Of a stretch of 36,591 nucleotides of DNA, positions 16,434 through 25,850 are shown in pieces (the first letter of the stretch is position 1; each line of letters starts with the position of its first letter). Source of the stretch: Chthoniobacterales bacterium (GTDB lineage: Bacteria > Verrucomicrobiota > Verrucomicrobiia > Chthoniobacterales > UBA10450); the NCBI GenBank assembly GCA_040004385.1, contig JBDUAZ010000039.1:1-36591 (forward strand), written 5' to 3'. The translations under genes were made by a program, and so were the position numbers. The notes below the pieces were generated by a model. It was given only the letters and a program-made list of their open reading frames with translations. It made no database searches and had not been told where the DNA came from.

Positions 16434-18314
16434 TTACGCGTCGATCTCGGTGATGCGGACGCGCGATAGCACCTTTTCCAAAATGATCGAAACGGATTCT
16501 TCGACGCTTTGGCTCTCCGTCGAAACGACGATCTCGGGATCTTGGGGCGCTTCATAAGGCGCGTCGATTCCGGTGAAGTCGAGGATCACGCCTGCGCGTG
16601 CTTTTTTGTAGAGCTGCTTCGGATCGCGTTCCTCGCATATGCGCAGAGGGGCGTCGACAAAGACCTCGATGAATTCGGCATTGCTTTCGAGCGCGACTTC
16701 ACGCGCGCGTCGTCGATCATGCCGGTAGGGCGAAATGAACGCGGTAATGACGACGCATCCCGAATCGGCCATTAATTTCGCGACTTCGCTCACGCGCCGG
16801 ATGTTTTCGAGGCGGTCTTCCGGAGAGAAGCCAAGATTTGAATTAAGGCCGTGCCGAATGTTGTCGCCATCGAGCACGTATGTGTGAATTCCGAGACGGA
16901 ATAGTTCCGCTTCAAGACCTTGTGCGATTGTTGATTTGCCCGCGCCTGACAATCCGGTTAGCCAAACGACAGCACCCCGATGTCCCTGCCGGGAAGCGCG
17001 TTGTCGAGCGGTCACTTTGCCCTCGCTCCACGAGATATTTTTGCTCTTCGCAGATGTCCGGTCGGTATAGAGGCCGTCGAAAATTATTCCACCCCCAGAG
17101 ATTCTTCCTCCGTCTAGAAGCACAAAACGCCCGAGTGATGGAACGCGATCATGGTTATCGGCCACAAGCGTTGCTCGTGTTTCCAGCGTCACGCGGCCTA
17201 CTTCATTTCGCGCAACCGCCTCCGCCTTATCGGTTATGATCTTCAGTGTCGCGCTATCCATGATGCTCTCGATCGTGGCGACGCGACACTTCATCTCCTG
17301 CGTTGCAAGACGCAACGTGTACTCTGCGCCATGATGCAGCGGTTTCACGCCTAGCCAGAAAAGGTCGGCGCGCAGGCGGTTCGTTTCAATCGGTGTATCG
17401 TGTTGGTGCGAGGCAACGTAGCCGCGTTCGACGAAAATTTGCTCTGCAAGCGTGATGCCGATTGAATCGCCGGCCACAGCGTCGTCGTCTTTCGGAGCAT
17501 TCCATCGCTCGATTGTCGTCACCACGGCGAATTTGTTCGCCGGCGAAAACACGATCGAATCCCCCACCCTCAATTCACCGCTCTCGATCCGGCCCGCGAT
17601 GATGCGGCGCTCATCGGAACGATACACATCTTGTACACAAAATCGCAGCGGCTGTCCGAGTGCGTTTGTCGGCGTCAGAAACGAATCGATGGACTCCAGA
17701 ATCGTTCGGCCTTTAAACCACGGCATGGTCGCCCGGCCGCGCTCTGCGACGTTTTCGCCCGTCTTCGCGCAAACCGGAATGTAGGTCGACGCTTCCAATC
17801 CCAGGCTTCCGAGAAACTCGCGGTATTCCGACTCGATCGCGGCAAAGATGTCGGCAGAGAAACGGACGAGATCCATCTTATTTACCGCGACGATAATTTG
17901 CCTGATTCCGAGCAAACTCAGCAGATATGCGTGCCTTCGGCTCTGCTCGCGAACGCCTTCGTTCGCTGCAATCACCAGCACCGCTGCGTCGGCCGTCGCA
18001 GCACCGGTGATCATATTTTTCAGAAATTCCTTATGCCCCGGTGCGTCGATAATTGCGTAGTCGCGCACGGCTGTTCGAAACGGAATTTGGGTCGTATCGA
18101 TGGTAATATTCTGGGCCTGTTCTTCCAGCAGCGCGTCGAGTAGAAAGGCATACTCGAATTCCACCCCTTCCAATTTGCAGACGCGTTCGATCGCCTCCAT
18201 TTTCCCTACCGGTAATGATCCTGTGTCGTGAAGAATGCGACCGATCAACGTCGACTTGCCGTGGTCCACGTGACCGACGAACACGACCTTTAGACGTTCG
18301 GCGAGGTTACTCAC
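16434..18314 (-). CDS. cysN: Bifunctional sulfate adenylyltransferase subunit 1 (GTPase) / adenylylsulfate kinase
   Basis: The N-terminal GTPase has [15 protein letters not shown] and NKMD. The C-terminal APS kinase has [16 protein letters not shown] and [11 protein letters not shown]. The GTG start overlaps the cysD stop (GTGA). Confidence 0.93.
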   Translation of the reverse strand: MSNLAERLKVVFVGHVDHGKSTLIGRILHDTGSLPVGKMEAIERVCKLEGVEFEYAFLLDALLEEQAQNITIDTTQIPFRTAVRDYAIIDAPGHKEFLKNMITGAATADAAVLVIAANEGVREQSRRHAYLLSLLGIRQIIVAVNKMDLVRFSADIFAAIESEYREFLGSLGLEASTYIPVCAKTGENVAERGRATMPWFKGRTILESIDSFLTPTNALGQPLRFCVQDVYRSDERRIIAGRIESGELRVGDSIVFSPANKFAVVTTIERWNAPKDDDAVAGDSIGITLAEQIFVERGYVASHQHDTPIETNRLRADLFWLGVKPLHHGAEYTLRLATQEMKCRVATIESIMDSATLKIITDKAEAVARNEVGRVTLETRATLVADNHDRVPSLGRFVLLDGGRISGGGIIFDGLYTDRTSAKSKNISWSEGKVTARQRASRQGHRGAVVWLTGLSGAGKSTIAQGLEAELFRLGIHTYVLDGDNIRHGLNSNLGFSPEDRLENIRRVSEVAKLMADSGCVVITAFISPYRHDRRRAREVALESNAEFIEVFVDAPLRICEERDPKQLYKKARAGVILDFTGIDAPYEAPQDPEIVVSTESQSVEESVSIILEKVLSRVRITEIDA

Positions 18315-19126
18315 AAAAAACCTTTCGCGCGCAATTTCTGCATTGCATTACGCTCGTGTTGATCCTGCGAGCGTCCTGCACGCTCGCTCGTGTGAGTAGT
18401 TTCCAGTTCCGCTATAATCTTTTCGATGGTCGTCGCGGTGCTCGAGATCGGGTGCGTGATCGGGCTGCAGCCTAACGAGCGGTAGCGTTTGCCTTCTCGT
18501 GCGAAATACATTTGCGGAATCGGGATTTTTTCGCGCGCGATGTAGCGCCAGATATCGATCTCAGTCCAGTCAAGCAACGGTTGGACGCGAACGTGTTCGC
18601 CGGGTGCCGTTCGAGTCGCAAACTGTCCCCAAAATTCTGGAGGCTGATCTTTGTAATCCCACTCGAACTGCGCGTTACGCGGAGAAAAATATCTCTCTTT
18701 TGCTCGCGTCGGATCTTCGTCGCGGCGAATTCCCGTGATCAACGCATCCCACTTGTATTCGGTGAGCACTTGCTGCAACGCAACAGTCTTCAGCTCATGC
18801 GTGACCGTAACCGGATCGTGCGTCTCGTAGCCGATCCCTTTTGCGCGCGCATCGGTGTTGATCTTAACAATGAGATCCAATTTGTAGTGTTGTCTCGCCC
18901 ACTCGCGAAACAGCAGCATTTCGGGAAACTCGTAAGTGGTATCGATATGAAGAATCGGGAATGGAATTTTTCCGAAGAACGATTTGCAAGCGAGCCAGAT
19001 CAGGACGTTCGAGTCTTTGCCCATGGACCACGGCATCGCGATGTTTTTGAAAGAGCGAAAGGCCTCTCGAAAAATAAAAATGCTGTGGTTCTCGAGATGA
19101 TCGAGCTGTGTTCGAGGGTCAGACAT
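18311..19126 (-). CDS. cysD: Sulfate adenylyltransferase subunit 2
   Basis: The PAPS-reductase/ATP-PPase fold is indicated by [35 protein letters not shown] and SLGCSPIT. Confidence 0.92.
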   Translation of the reverse strand: MSDPRTQLDHLENHSIFIFREAFRSFKNIAMPWSMGKDSNVLIWLACKSFFGKIPFPILHIDTTYEFPEMLLFREWARQHYKLDLIVKINTDARAKGIGYETHDPVTVTHELKTVALQQVLTEYKWDALITGIRRDEDPTRAKERYFSPRNAQFEWDYKDQPPEFWGQFATRTAPGEHVRVQPLLDWTEIDIWRYIAREKIPIPQMYFAREGKRYRSLGCSPITHPISSTATTIEKIIAELETTHTSERAGRSQDQHERNAMQKLRAKGFL

Positions 19127-19170
19127 CGGTGCGTAAGTTCCGTTTAATACATTCGCGAGTGGGCACCCGC

Positions 19171-19220
19171 AATCCCGGGGTCGCTGCGCCAGGGATTTTC
19201 CTTGCGCGTAATAGGCGCAA
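19171..19220. repeat. Two inverted repeats in the cysD / nuoB divergent spacer: AATCCC-N15-GGGATT (19171-19197) and TTGCGC-N7-GCGCAA (19202-19220)
   Basis: Both were read directly from the sequence, and the arms are perfect reverse complements. The second repeat ends 14 nt before the nuoB ATG. The function is unknown. Confidence 0.3.
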
Positions 19221-19234
19221 CTTTACTCTTTCAC

Positions 19235-19771
19235 ATGCGCGAAATTCATCCCGCGGCCTACGATTCAAAGATCGAAGGCAACGTTATTTTCACCCGTCTG
19301 GACGCGGCGATGAATTGGATGAGGAAGAATTCTCTGTGGCCGATGCCGATGGGCCTCGCCTGTTGTGCGATCGAGCTGATGGCGACGGCTTCGGCACGCT
19401 TCGATATCTCGCGATTCGGCGCTGAGGTAATGCGATTTTCGCCGCGGCAATGCGATGTGATGATCGTAGCCGGCACGGTCACGTACAAAATGGCCCTGGC
19501 AGTAAAACGTATTTACGAGCAGATGCCGGAACCAAAATGGGTCATTGCCATGGGGGCATGCGCATCGACTGGCGGGATGTATCGTTCCTACGCCGTTTTA
19601 CAAGGCATCGATCAACTGTTGCCTGTCGATGTCTACGTTTCCGGTTGTCCGCCACGGCCCGAAGCTCTGCTCGAAGGTCTGATGAAGCTGCAACAAAAAA
19701 TTACCGGCGAGCATTCATTCGTTGAGCAGAAGCGCGAGCTGCGGAATCAGGACAACGCCGTGCCGGCATGA
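19235..19771 (+). CDS. nuoB: NADH-quinone oxidoreductase subunit B
   Basis: The sequence contains [27 protein letters not shown] and [11 protein letters not shown], which supply the four Cys ligands of cluster N2. The track ORF begins at TTG 19202; I prefer the ATG at 19235. Confidence 0.9.
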   Translation: MREIHPAAYDSKIEGNVIFTRLDAAMNWMRKNSLWPMPMGLACCAIELMATASARFDISRFGAEVMRFSPRQCDVMIVAGTVTYKMALAVKRIYEQMPEPKWVIAMGACASTGGMYRSYAVLQGIDQLLPVDVYVSGCPPRPEALLEGLMKLQQKITGEHSFVEQKRELRNQDNAVPA

Positions 19772-20349
19772 CGGGTCAGCAACTTCTCGAATCGCTGGGC
19801 CAGTTGCTTGGCGAAAAGATTCAGGAAAAAAAGGAGTTTCGTGGCGAAACGACCTACCACATTCGCCGATCCGATTTGCAGGAAGTCGCAAGAGTTTGCA
19901 AAGAGGATTTTTCGTTCGATTACCTCCTCGATATTTCGAGCGTCGACAATTTCGGTTCAGATCCCCGCTTTGAAATTGTCTACGAACTTTACTCGATGAA
20001 GGTTGCCGTCCACCTGCGGCTGAAGGTGCAAGTCTCGGAAGACGACGCGACGGTCGCGACAGTTTCGCATATTTGGCCTACGGCAAACTGGCACGAACGC
20101 GAGGTCTACGACATGATGGGTTTGCGCTTCAACGGACACCCCGACTTACGTCGGATCCTGATGTGGGAGGGATATCCCTACTTCCCGCTGCGAAAGGAAT
20201 TTCCGCTCGAAGGCTTGCCAAGCGATATGCCGGACGTTGCATTTAGCGCGAGCGCGCCGCTCGAGGGTGGACCGTTCGTTACAGTGCCAGGCACCGCGAC
20301 TACCAAGGACCGCGAGCCTCGCGCGCGGCGGCCGGCTGCCGCTGAGTAG
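19768..20349 (+). CDS. nuoC: NADH-quinone oxidoreductase subunit C
   Basis: The sequence contains [31 protein letters not shown]. Its ATG overlaps the nuoB stop (ATGA). Confidence 0.88.
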   Translation: MTGQQLLESLGQLLGEKIQEKKEFRGETTYHIRRSDLQEVARVCKEDFSFDYLLDISSVDNFGSDPRFEIVYELYSMKVAVHLRLKVQVSEDDATVATVSHIWPTANWHEREVYDMMGLRFNGHPDLRRILMWEGYPYFPLRKEFPLEGLPSDMPDVAFSASAPLEGGPFVTVPGTATTKDREPRARRPAAAE

Positions 20350-20362
20350 TCGTTAGGCTGCC

Positions 20363-20896
20363 GTGGTTGTGATCAAGTGGCTCCTTCTCATTGTGGTATT
20401 GGTGCTCGTCGCCGTCTTCGCCGCGTTTGTCTGGACGCAGTTCAATTGGCACCCGCTCCCGCGAAGTGCGCATGCAAACCGAATTCTCGTTGAAAAGAGC
20501 GCGCGGCGCCTGGTGTTGTATGACAGCGCTGATTATGTTCTGAAAACCTATCGTGTCGCGCTCGGTCGGTCGCCGATCGGAACGAAACATGAGGAAGGCG
20601 ATTGTCGCACGCCGGAGGGAATCTATTTGATCGATGCGCGGAATGAGAAAAGCGATTTCCATCGCGCGCTCCACATCTCGTATCCTGATGCGAACGATCT
20701 TGCTTCGGCTGAGCGACGCGGCCTCTCAGCCGGGGGCGACATTATGATTCACGGATTGCCGAACGGCCGCGGCTGGCTGGGCGCATGGCACCGGCGCCGT
20801 GATTGGACGGCGGGCTGCATTGCGGTCACCGACAAGGAGATCGAAGAAATATGGCGCGTCGTCGACGATGGCACGCCGATTGAGATTCGGCCCTAA
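20363..20896 (+). CDS. L,D-transpeptidase-fold protein (YkuD domain, YafK-like), N-terminal membrane anchor
   Basis: The N-terminal hydrophobic helix is WLLLIVVLVLVAVFAAFVW. The sequence contains LGRSPIGTKHEEGDCRTPEGIY, and the catalytic motif is IMIHG...TAGCIAV. It has a GTG start. Confidence 0.8.
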   Translation: MVVIKWLLLIVVLVLVAVFAAFVWTQFNWHPLPRSAHANRILVEKSARRLVLYDSADYVLKTYRVALGRSPIGTKHEEGDCRTPEGIYLIDARNEKSDFHRALHISYPDANDLASAERRGLSAGGDIMIHGLPNGRGWLGAWHRRRDWTAGCIAVTDKEIEEIWRVVDDGTPIEIRP

Positions 20897-20900
20897 CTGA

Positions 20901-21686
20901 TCAGCCACCGTCTCTGAGCGATATCGCGCCGCGAAGCAATTCCGAAAACGTCTCCACCGCCGCTTTTCCCGTAGCCAACACGTCAATGTGACTTAACGGC
21001 TCCGCGCCCATTCCCGCTGCCCAATTTGTCAGACACGAAAACGCTGCAAGCTCGAGTCCCAATGCCCGTGCCTGGATCGCTTCCAGAACAGTCGACATGC
21101 CGATCGCGTCCGCGCCAAGATTTCTCAACATGCGCACTTCAGCCGGCGTCTCATACTGCGGCCCGAGCAGTCCGGCATAGACGCCTTCATTCAGGATGAG
21201 CTGCCGCTCAATCGCGACGCGTGCGAACGCCGATCGCCATGCCGGGGAGTAAGCATTGCTCATGTCGATAAACTCAGGGCAGGCGAGCAGCGGCGTCGTA
21301 CCCGTGAGGTTTAGGTGGTCGCTGAGCATCATCCAGGTTCCCGGTGCGAAATTTTCGTTCGCACTGCCAGCGGCGTTCGTGAGGATCACGCGTTTAACAC
21401 CCGCTTCCGCCAGCAAGCGAATCGTCGCCGTCACTTCTTGTGCTGTGCGGCCTTCGTAAAGGTGGACGCGCCCTTGTGCATAGATCACCTGCCTGCCTGA
21501 AAGCTCAGCGAGGACGAACTTGCCGCCGTGGCCTTGCACGACCGGCTTGGGCAGAACTGAAAACTCTGCGAACGAAATTGCCTGCTTCGCCGGCGCTTCG
21601 TCCGCGAGACCGTTCAACCCCGATCCAAGAACAATTGCAGTTCCCGCGCGCCAATCCCGCAGACGCTGAACCGCGGCTTCGCTCAC
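20901..21686 (-). CDS. Purine nucleoside phosphorylase (PNP/MTAP trimeric family)
   Basis: The sequence contains VQGHGGKFVLAELSG, LYEGRTAQEV, GPQYETPAEVRMLRNLGADAIGMSTVLE and FSCLTNWAAG. It has a GTG start at 21686. Confidence 0.85.
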   Translation of the reverse strand: MSEAAVQRLRDWRAGTAIVLGSGLNGLADEAPAKQAISFAEFSVLPKPVVQGHGGKFVLAELSGRQVIYAQGRVHLYEGRTAQEVTATIRLLAEAGVKRVILTNAAGSANENFAPGTWMMLSDHLNLTGTTPLLACPEFIDMSNAYSPAWRSAFARVAIERQLILNEGVYAGLLGPQYETPAEVRMLRNLGADAIGMSTVLEAIQARALGLELAAFSCLTNWAAGMGAEPLSHIDVLATGKAAVETFSELLRGAISLRDGG

Positions 21687-21692
21687 GATCGT

Positions 21693-23333
21693 TCACGCAG
21701 CCGACACGGGCGGCGCCGAAGCGGGCTTGCGTGAAGCGACCATCACATCTGGGCGAAGCGCTTCGTCGCGCGCTGAAAGCACTTTCGTCTCGTGCTTCGG
21801 ATAGGCAATCCGAGTGTGCAGCATTGTCATTAACGTAAATCTAAAACGCTCTGCGATCGTTGTCAGATCGGCGAGCGTGAGAGGGCATTCGTCGAGCTGG
21901 CGGTCGGCGATTCGCTGGGCGATTAAATCATCCACGAGCTGCTCGACCTTTTGCGGTGTCGGTTTCTCCAGACTGCGGGAAGCGCTCTCGACCATGTCAG
22001 CGAGACTGATGATGGCGCTCTCGCGACTCTGCGGCTTCGGCCCGCTGTATCGGAAGCTCTCTTCCCGCACTTCGGGAATATCGTCTTCCCGCAAGTTCAG
22101 GATCTTGCCGCCGGCGCGCGCATCGTCCTGCCGCTGCTGGGCGCGCTTGTAAAAGTAGTAAACGAGCGACGTGCCGTGGTGTTCCTGAATGACATCGATG
22201 ATTTGGCGGTTCAGTTTATGTTTCAGCGCGAGATCCACTCCTTCTTTCACATGCGCGATGATAATCAGAGCGCTCATTGTAGGCGCGAGATCGTCATGAG
22301 GATTGCGCTCGAAGTTCATGTTTTCGGTGAAGTATTCCGGTTTCACCAATTTGCCGACATCGTGAAAATAAGAACAAACACGGCATGCGGTCGCGTTCGC
22401 CCCGATCCCTTCCCCTGCGGCTTCGGCGAGATTCGCGACGACCAGGCTGTGGTGGTATGTGCCCGGCGCCTCAATCGTCATTCGCCGCAAGAGCGGGTGA
22501 TTCAAGTCTGAGGCTTCAAGCCACGATATGTCGGTCGTGATCTGGAAGAGATGCTCCAGCATCGGGAGAATTCCGCCAACAATTGTCGCGGTCAGAATTC
22601 CGTTGCCAATCGCGAACGCGCTCTCAATACCGATCATTTTCCAATCGTTCGCCATCAGCGAAAAAAGATCGATAGGGCCGATAATTCCGAATGTCAGCGA
22701 CAAGAGCCAGATGCTGATACCGACGCCGAGTCCGGCGCGAATGAGTCGACTGCGGCGGCGTACTTGGAGCGTAAGGTAAACAGCGGTGAATCCACTAATC
22801 AATCCACAGACGAGCAAGGGCGCATCGATTTTACCAAACAAAACGCTACTCCAGAGACTCACGAAGACCGCGGCATATAGCCCGTGGTTCCTACCCAGCA
22901 GAACACTGAGGATGAGAGGCGCGAAGGCATACGGTGCGATGAGGGAGCCGGTTTCCGGCCGCAGGAATGAGTAGCTGCCGCTATTACACAGGACGAGCAC
23001 CAGCTTCGTCGTCGCCAGTTGTGTAAAAATAATCCCAAAGACGAGAAGAAGCCGTGAGCTTCGGAGAAAAGTGTTCGGCTGATTGATCCAGAGTTGGGTC
23101 ACGGCAGTAACGAAAAACAAAAGCGCGATCACGAAGTTTTTCGTCGGTTCCGGCTGTTGCCCGCTAAAGATCAAGGCGGCGAGTCCCGCGACGAAGGCGG
23201 CAAAGATGAGCGCCTTGAAGTAGGGGGCATATTCAACGCTGCGCAGGAGTTCGTTCGTCGCGCGTCTCCGCCGCGTCTTGGGAGAGGCAAGGCCGCGCTT
23301 CACGAGCCGACTGCGTTTAAGAAAATCAAACAT
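21693..23333 (-). CDS. Multi-pass membrane HD-domain phosphohydrolase (7TM-HD / PgpH-like)
   Basis: About eight hydrophobic helices in the N-terminal 300 aa are followed by a cytoplasmic HD domain with HHSLVVANLAEAA, YFHDVGKLVKPEYF, IIAHVKEG and QEHHGTS. Confidence 0.85.
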   Translation of the reverse strand: MFDFLKRSRLVKRGLASPKTRRRRATNELLRSVEYAPYFKALIFAAFVAGLAALIFSGQQPEPTKNFVIALLFFVTAVTQLWINQPNTFLRSSRLLLVFGIIFTQLATTKLVLVLCNSGSYSFLRPETGSLIAPYAFAPLILSVLLGRNHGLYAAVFVSLWSSVLFGKIDAPLLVCGLISGFTAVYLTLQVRRRSRLIRAGLGVGISIWLLSLTFGIIGPIDLFSLMANDWKMIGIESAFAIGNGILTATIVGGILPMLEHLFQITTDISWLEASDLNHPLLRRMTIEAPGTYHHSLVVANLAEAAGEGIGANATACRVCSYFHDVGKLVKPEYFTENMNFERNPHDDLAPTMSALIIIAHVKEGVDLALKHKLNRQIIDVIQEHHGTSLVYYFYKRAQQRQDDARAGGKILNLREDDIPEVREESFRYSGPKPQSRESAIISLADMVESASRSLEKPTPQKVEQLVDDLIAQRIADRQLDECPLTLADLTTIAERFRFTLMTMLHTRIAYPKHETKVLSARDEALRPDVMVASRKPASAPPVSAA

Positions 23334-23339
23334 CTGAAA

Positions 23340-24323
23340 TTACTTGCGTTGGGCAGCCGCAACATTCGCGGGCGAGCGATGCTGCTGGTAGGCGTTAATA
23401 ATCGCACGAACAAGGTCATGCCGCACAACGTCGCGCTCGTTAAAATAAGTGATCGAAATGCCCGGCACAGATTTCAATGCCTGCAGCGCTTCCACCAACC
23501 CTGAGCGCTTGTTCGAAGGCAAATCGATCTGAGTGACGTCGCCCGTCACTACGCATTTCGAGTTCTGACCGATTCGCGTCAGCAACATAAACATCTGCTC
23601 TGTGGTGGTGTTTTGCGCTTCGTCGAGAATAACAAACGAATTCGCGAGCGTACGGCCTCGCATGTAGGCGAGTGGCGCGACCTCGATCGTTTGCCGCGCG
23701 ACCCAGCGCTCAATCTCTTCCGGCTCGAGCATGTCGCGCAATGCATCGTAGAGAGGCCGAAGATATGGCGTGATTTTTTCCTGCAAATCCCCCGGTAAAA
23801 ACCCCAGCGCTTCACCCGCTTCCACAGCCGGCCGCGTTAAGACGATGCGGCTCACCTGTTCCTTCTTCAGGGCGGCGACAGCCATCGCAACAGCGAGATA
23901 CGTCTTGCCAGTGCCGGCGGGGCCAATTCCGAAGACGATGTCGTGCTTCTGGATCGCCTCCACGTAGTTTCGCTGGCCTAGCGTCCGAGCGACGATCGGA
24001 GGCTTCCGCGAGGAGGTCGTAATCTTTACGTCGACAACGTCGTTGAGGTTGTCCGCCCGCGCCTCGGTTACTGAGTTCAATGCGTAACTAAATTCGTGCT
24101 TGTGTATATCGACGCCCTTTTGTCGCGCTTGCTCGAGCTGGTCGAACACGCGCTCTGCGCGATCCAGTTGACCCCGTTCTCCTTCGAGCCGTACCCAGCC
24201 TTCGCGCGTCGTGACCTTGACGCCGAGCGAATCTTCGAGCGTTTTCAGAAGTTTTAGATCGTTCGCGTAAAGAGACTGCAGCGCACGAGCGCTTTCAAAT
24301 TCCAGCGTGCGTGTTTCGGTCAT
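23340..24323 (-). CDS. phoH: PhoH family ATPase
   Basis: The Walker A motif is GIGPAGTGKTYLAVAMAV, followed by FVILDEAQNTT and VVTGDVTQIDLP. Confidence 0.93.
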   Translation of the reverse strand: MTETRTLEFESARALQSLYANDLKLLKTLEDSLGVKVTTREGWVRLEGERGQLDRAERVFDQLEQARQKGVDIHKHEFSYALNSVTEARADNLNDVVDVKITTSSRKPPIVARTLGQRNYVEAIQKHDIVFGIGPAGTGKTYLAVAMAVAALKKEQVSRIVLTRPAVEAGEALGFLPGDLQEKITPYLRPLYDALRDMLEPEEIERWVARQTIEVAPLAYMRGRTLANSFVILDEAQNTTTEQMFMLLTRIGQNSKCVVTGDVTQIDLPSNKRSGLVEALQALKSVPGISITYFNERDVVRHDLVRAIINAYQQHRSPANVAAAQRK

Positions 24324-24411
24324 CGCGCGGCGAACCTAAGGGCCGCCAGTGTTATGGTGCGTCGGCCCAAAGCGGCAATCGGCGAAGCGGATGAAATGCG
24401 CGATAAAGCAC

Positions 24412-24861
24412 TTAACGGAAGCCGTAGACAAGCGCCCAGTGAGTACGCTCTTCTGAAGATTCTTCGATCTCGACGATGATAAAATAGCTGCTCGTGGTTT
24501 TCGGCACGACGTGAGCTCCGGCGAAGTGTCCTTTCTGCCAGCCATCCGATTGCTCGGCGAGTTTTCCCTCCGCATCGTAAACATGAACAGAGACTTTCGC
24601 TTTCTCAATTTCGGTGCCTAGCCAGAACCAGTACTCGTTTCCTTTGAACAACTGCTGGCGGACAGCTTTCTTTTCGCCGGCAGCCAGGTCGCCACCCCAA
24701 TAATCTTCACGCACCTGGAAGCCTTCCTTTATATAAGGTTCGGCGGCTTGGAGAGCGAAGGACTGCGCATCGTCAACCGACGCACGAACACCGGCAATTA
24801 GGACGACCGAGAAGGCAAGAAAACAGCCGGCCCGCAACATCGACTTTATAGAGGCGCCCAT
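24412..24861 (-). CDS. Hypothetical secreted protein (149 aa)
   Basis: The signal-peptide-like N-terminus is MLRAGCFLAFSVVLIAGVRA. The remainder looks beta-rich (YWFWLGTEIEKAKVSVHVYD, SSYFIIVEIE). I recognise no family. It lies 6 nt downstream of the preceding ORF. Confidence 0.6.
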   Translation of the reverse strand: MGASIKSMLRAGCFLAFSVVLIAGVRASVDDAQSFALQAAEPYIKEGFQVREDYWGGDLAAGEKKAVRQQLFKGNEYWFWLGTEIEKAKVSVHVYDAEGKLAEQSDGWQKGHFAGAHVVPKTTSSYFIIVEIEESSEERTHWALVYGFR

Positions 24862-24867
24862 CAGAAC

Positions 24868-25674
24868 TTATTGGGTCCGGGTGACGATCGCGTCGTCCAA
24901 TTTCGATGTGATCTCGTTGATTCGCTTCACGGCCGCCGGGGAGATGTGCGTATCGCCTCCGACGTCTATGAGCGGACGCACCTCGACGAGAGCGGCGTGA
25001 ATGTCATGGAGGAGCTTAAGGTTAAATTCCGGCATCGATTGCAAGCGTGTTTCGAAGTAGCTCAATAAATCAGGCTGATGCAATAATTCCGCGCCGTCGG
25101 CGGAAAACCGTTTGTTTACAACCGCTGTTAGCACTTCCGTCCCACGCAGCCACCCACCGAGGCTGACCAATTGGGAAAGCTTTTCGTCATGCACCTCATT
25201 CATCGCCTGCTGCACGCTGTTTTGGGTGCGATCCAGCTCCTGCCGGACACTGCTCCAGTTTCGCTTGTCCGCCGCTTCTGTGATCGCTTTTGCATGCGGA
25301 GTGATGGAGTTGCCCACGCCGATGCCTTTGGCAAGGCCGAGGACGCGCTGGCCGATTTCCTTTACCGTTGGCGCATCTTCCGCTTGCACGGCGATGAATC
25401 CATCCGCAATCACCGCGCCGAGAAGCAATGCTATTCTGGGACGTTCGGTGAAGTTGCTCCCTTTTTCGTTACGGACGTATTCACGCCAGTTGACGCCCCC
25501 CAGCTTGTTCAGCGCACCGAATACTTCGTTGGGTAACGGGACGACGACATCTTCCACCTTTTTTGAGAGCTGTTTGACGTCGATGTGTTTTGGAGCTTCC
25601 GCTGCATGAACGCAGAGGCTCGAAGCCGCAATTACCGCGACCGTGAATTTGGAAAACTTAGCGAATGAGATCAT
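24868..25674 (-). CDS. Hypothetical secreted protein (268 aa, predicted mostly helical)
   Basis: Trimmed to the ATG at 25674, the product begins with the signal-peptide-like MISFAKFSKFTVAVIAASSLCVHAAEA. I recognise no family. The longer track ORF (to 25812) adds an unlikely N-terminal extension. Confidence 0.6.
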   Translation of the reverse strand: MISFAKFSKFTVAVIAASSLCVHAAEAPKHIDVKQLSKKVEDVVVPLPNEVFGALNKLGGVNWREYVRNEKGSNFTERPRIALLLGAVIADGFIAVQAEDAPTVKEIGQRVLGLAKGIGVGNSITPHAKAITEAADKRNWSSVRQELDRTQNSVQQAMNEVHDEKLSQLVSLGGWLRGTEVLTAVVNKRFSADGAELLHQPDLLSYFETRLQSMPEFNLKLLHDIHAALVEVRPLIDVGGDTHISPAAVKRINEITSKLDDAIVTRTQ

Positions 25675-25850
25675 CGGCAAGCTTCGACTGTTGATTTCGC
25701 ATTCGTATTCAGGATTAATGGGGAGTCTAAGCAGAACTTTACTGCGCACAAATTTCGGCTGCTCAAGATTTTGACTCTCCTGAATCGCACGAACTTCGCA
25801 CGGCGGCGGCATCTCGCGCGATTTCTTTTCCTCCGGGTCCCGACACCACG

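Noticed and set aside
16360-16557. The 65-aa ORF starting in the AT-rich truA/cysNC spacer (MALNEIKKLAAV...), and the tiny MYKML peptide frame at about 16324.
   Set aside because: Most of the 65-aa ORF is antisense to the cysN/C 3' end, with shadow-ORF composition. Neither has supporting motifs.
25675-25850. An 8-bp inverted repeat ATTCAGGA ... TCCTGAAT, roughly 65 nt apart, in the divergent spacer between the secreted-protein gene and hldA.
   Set aside because: The arms are too widely spaced for a typical operator or hairpin, and a single 8-mer match in 176 nt could be chance. There is no supporting feature.
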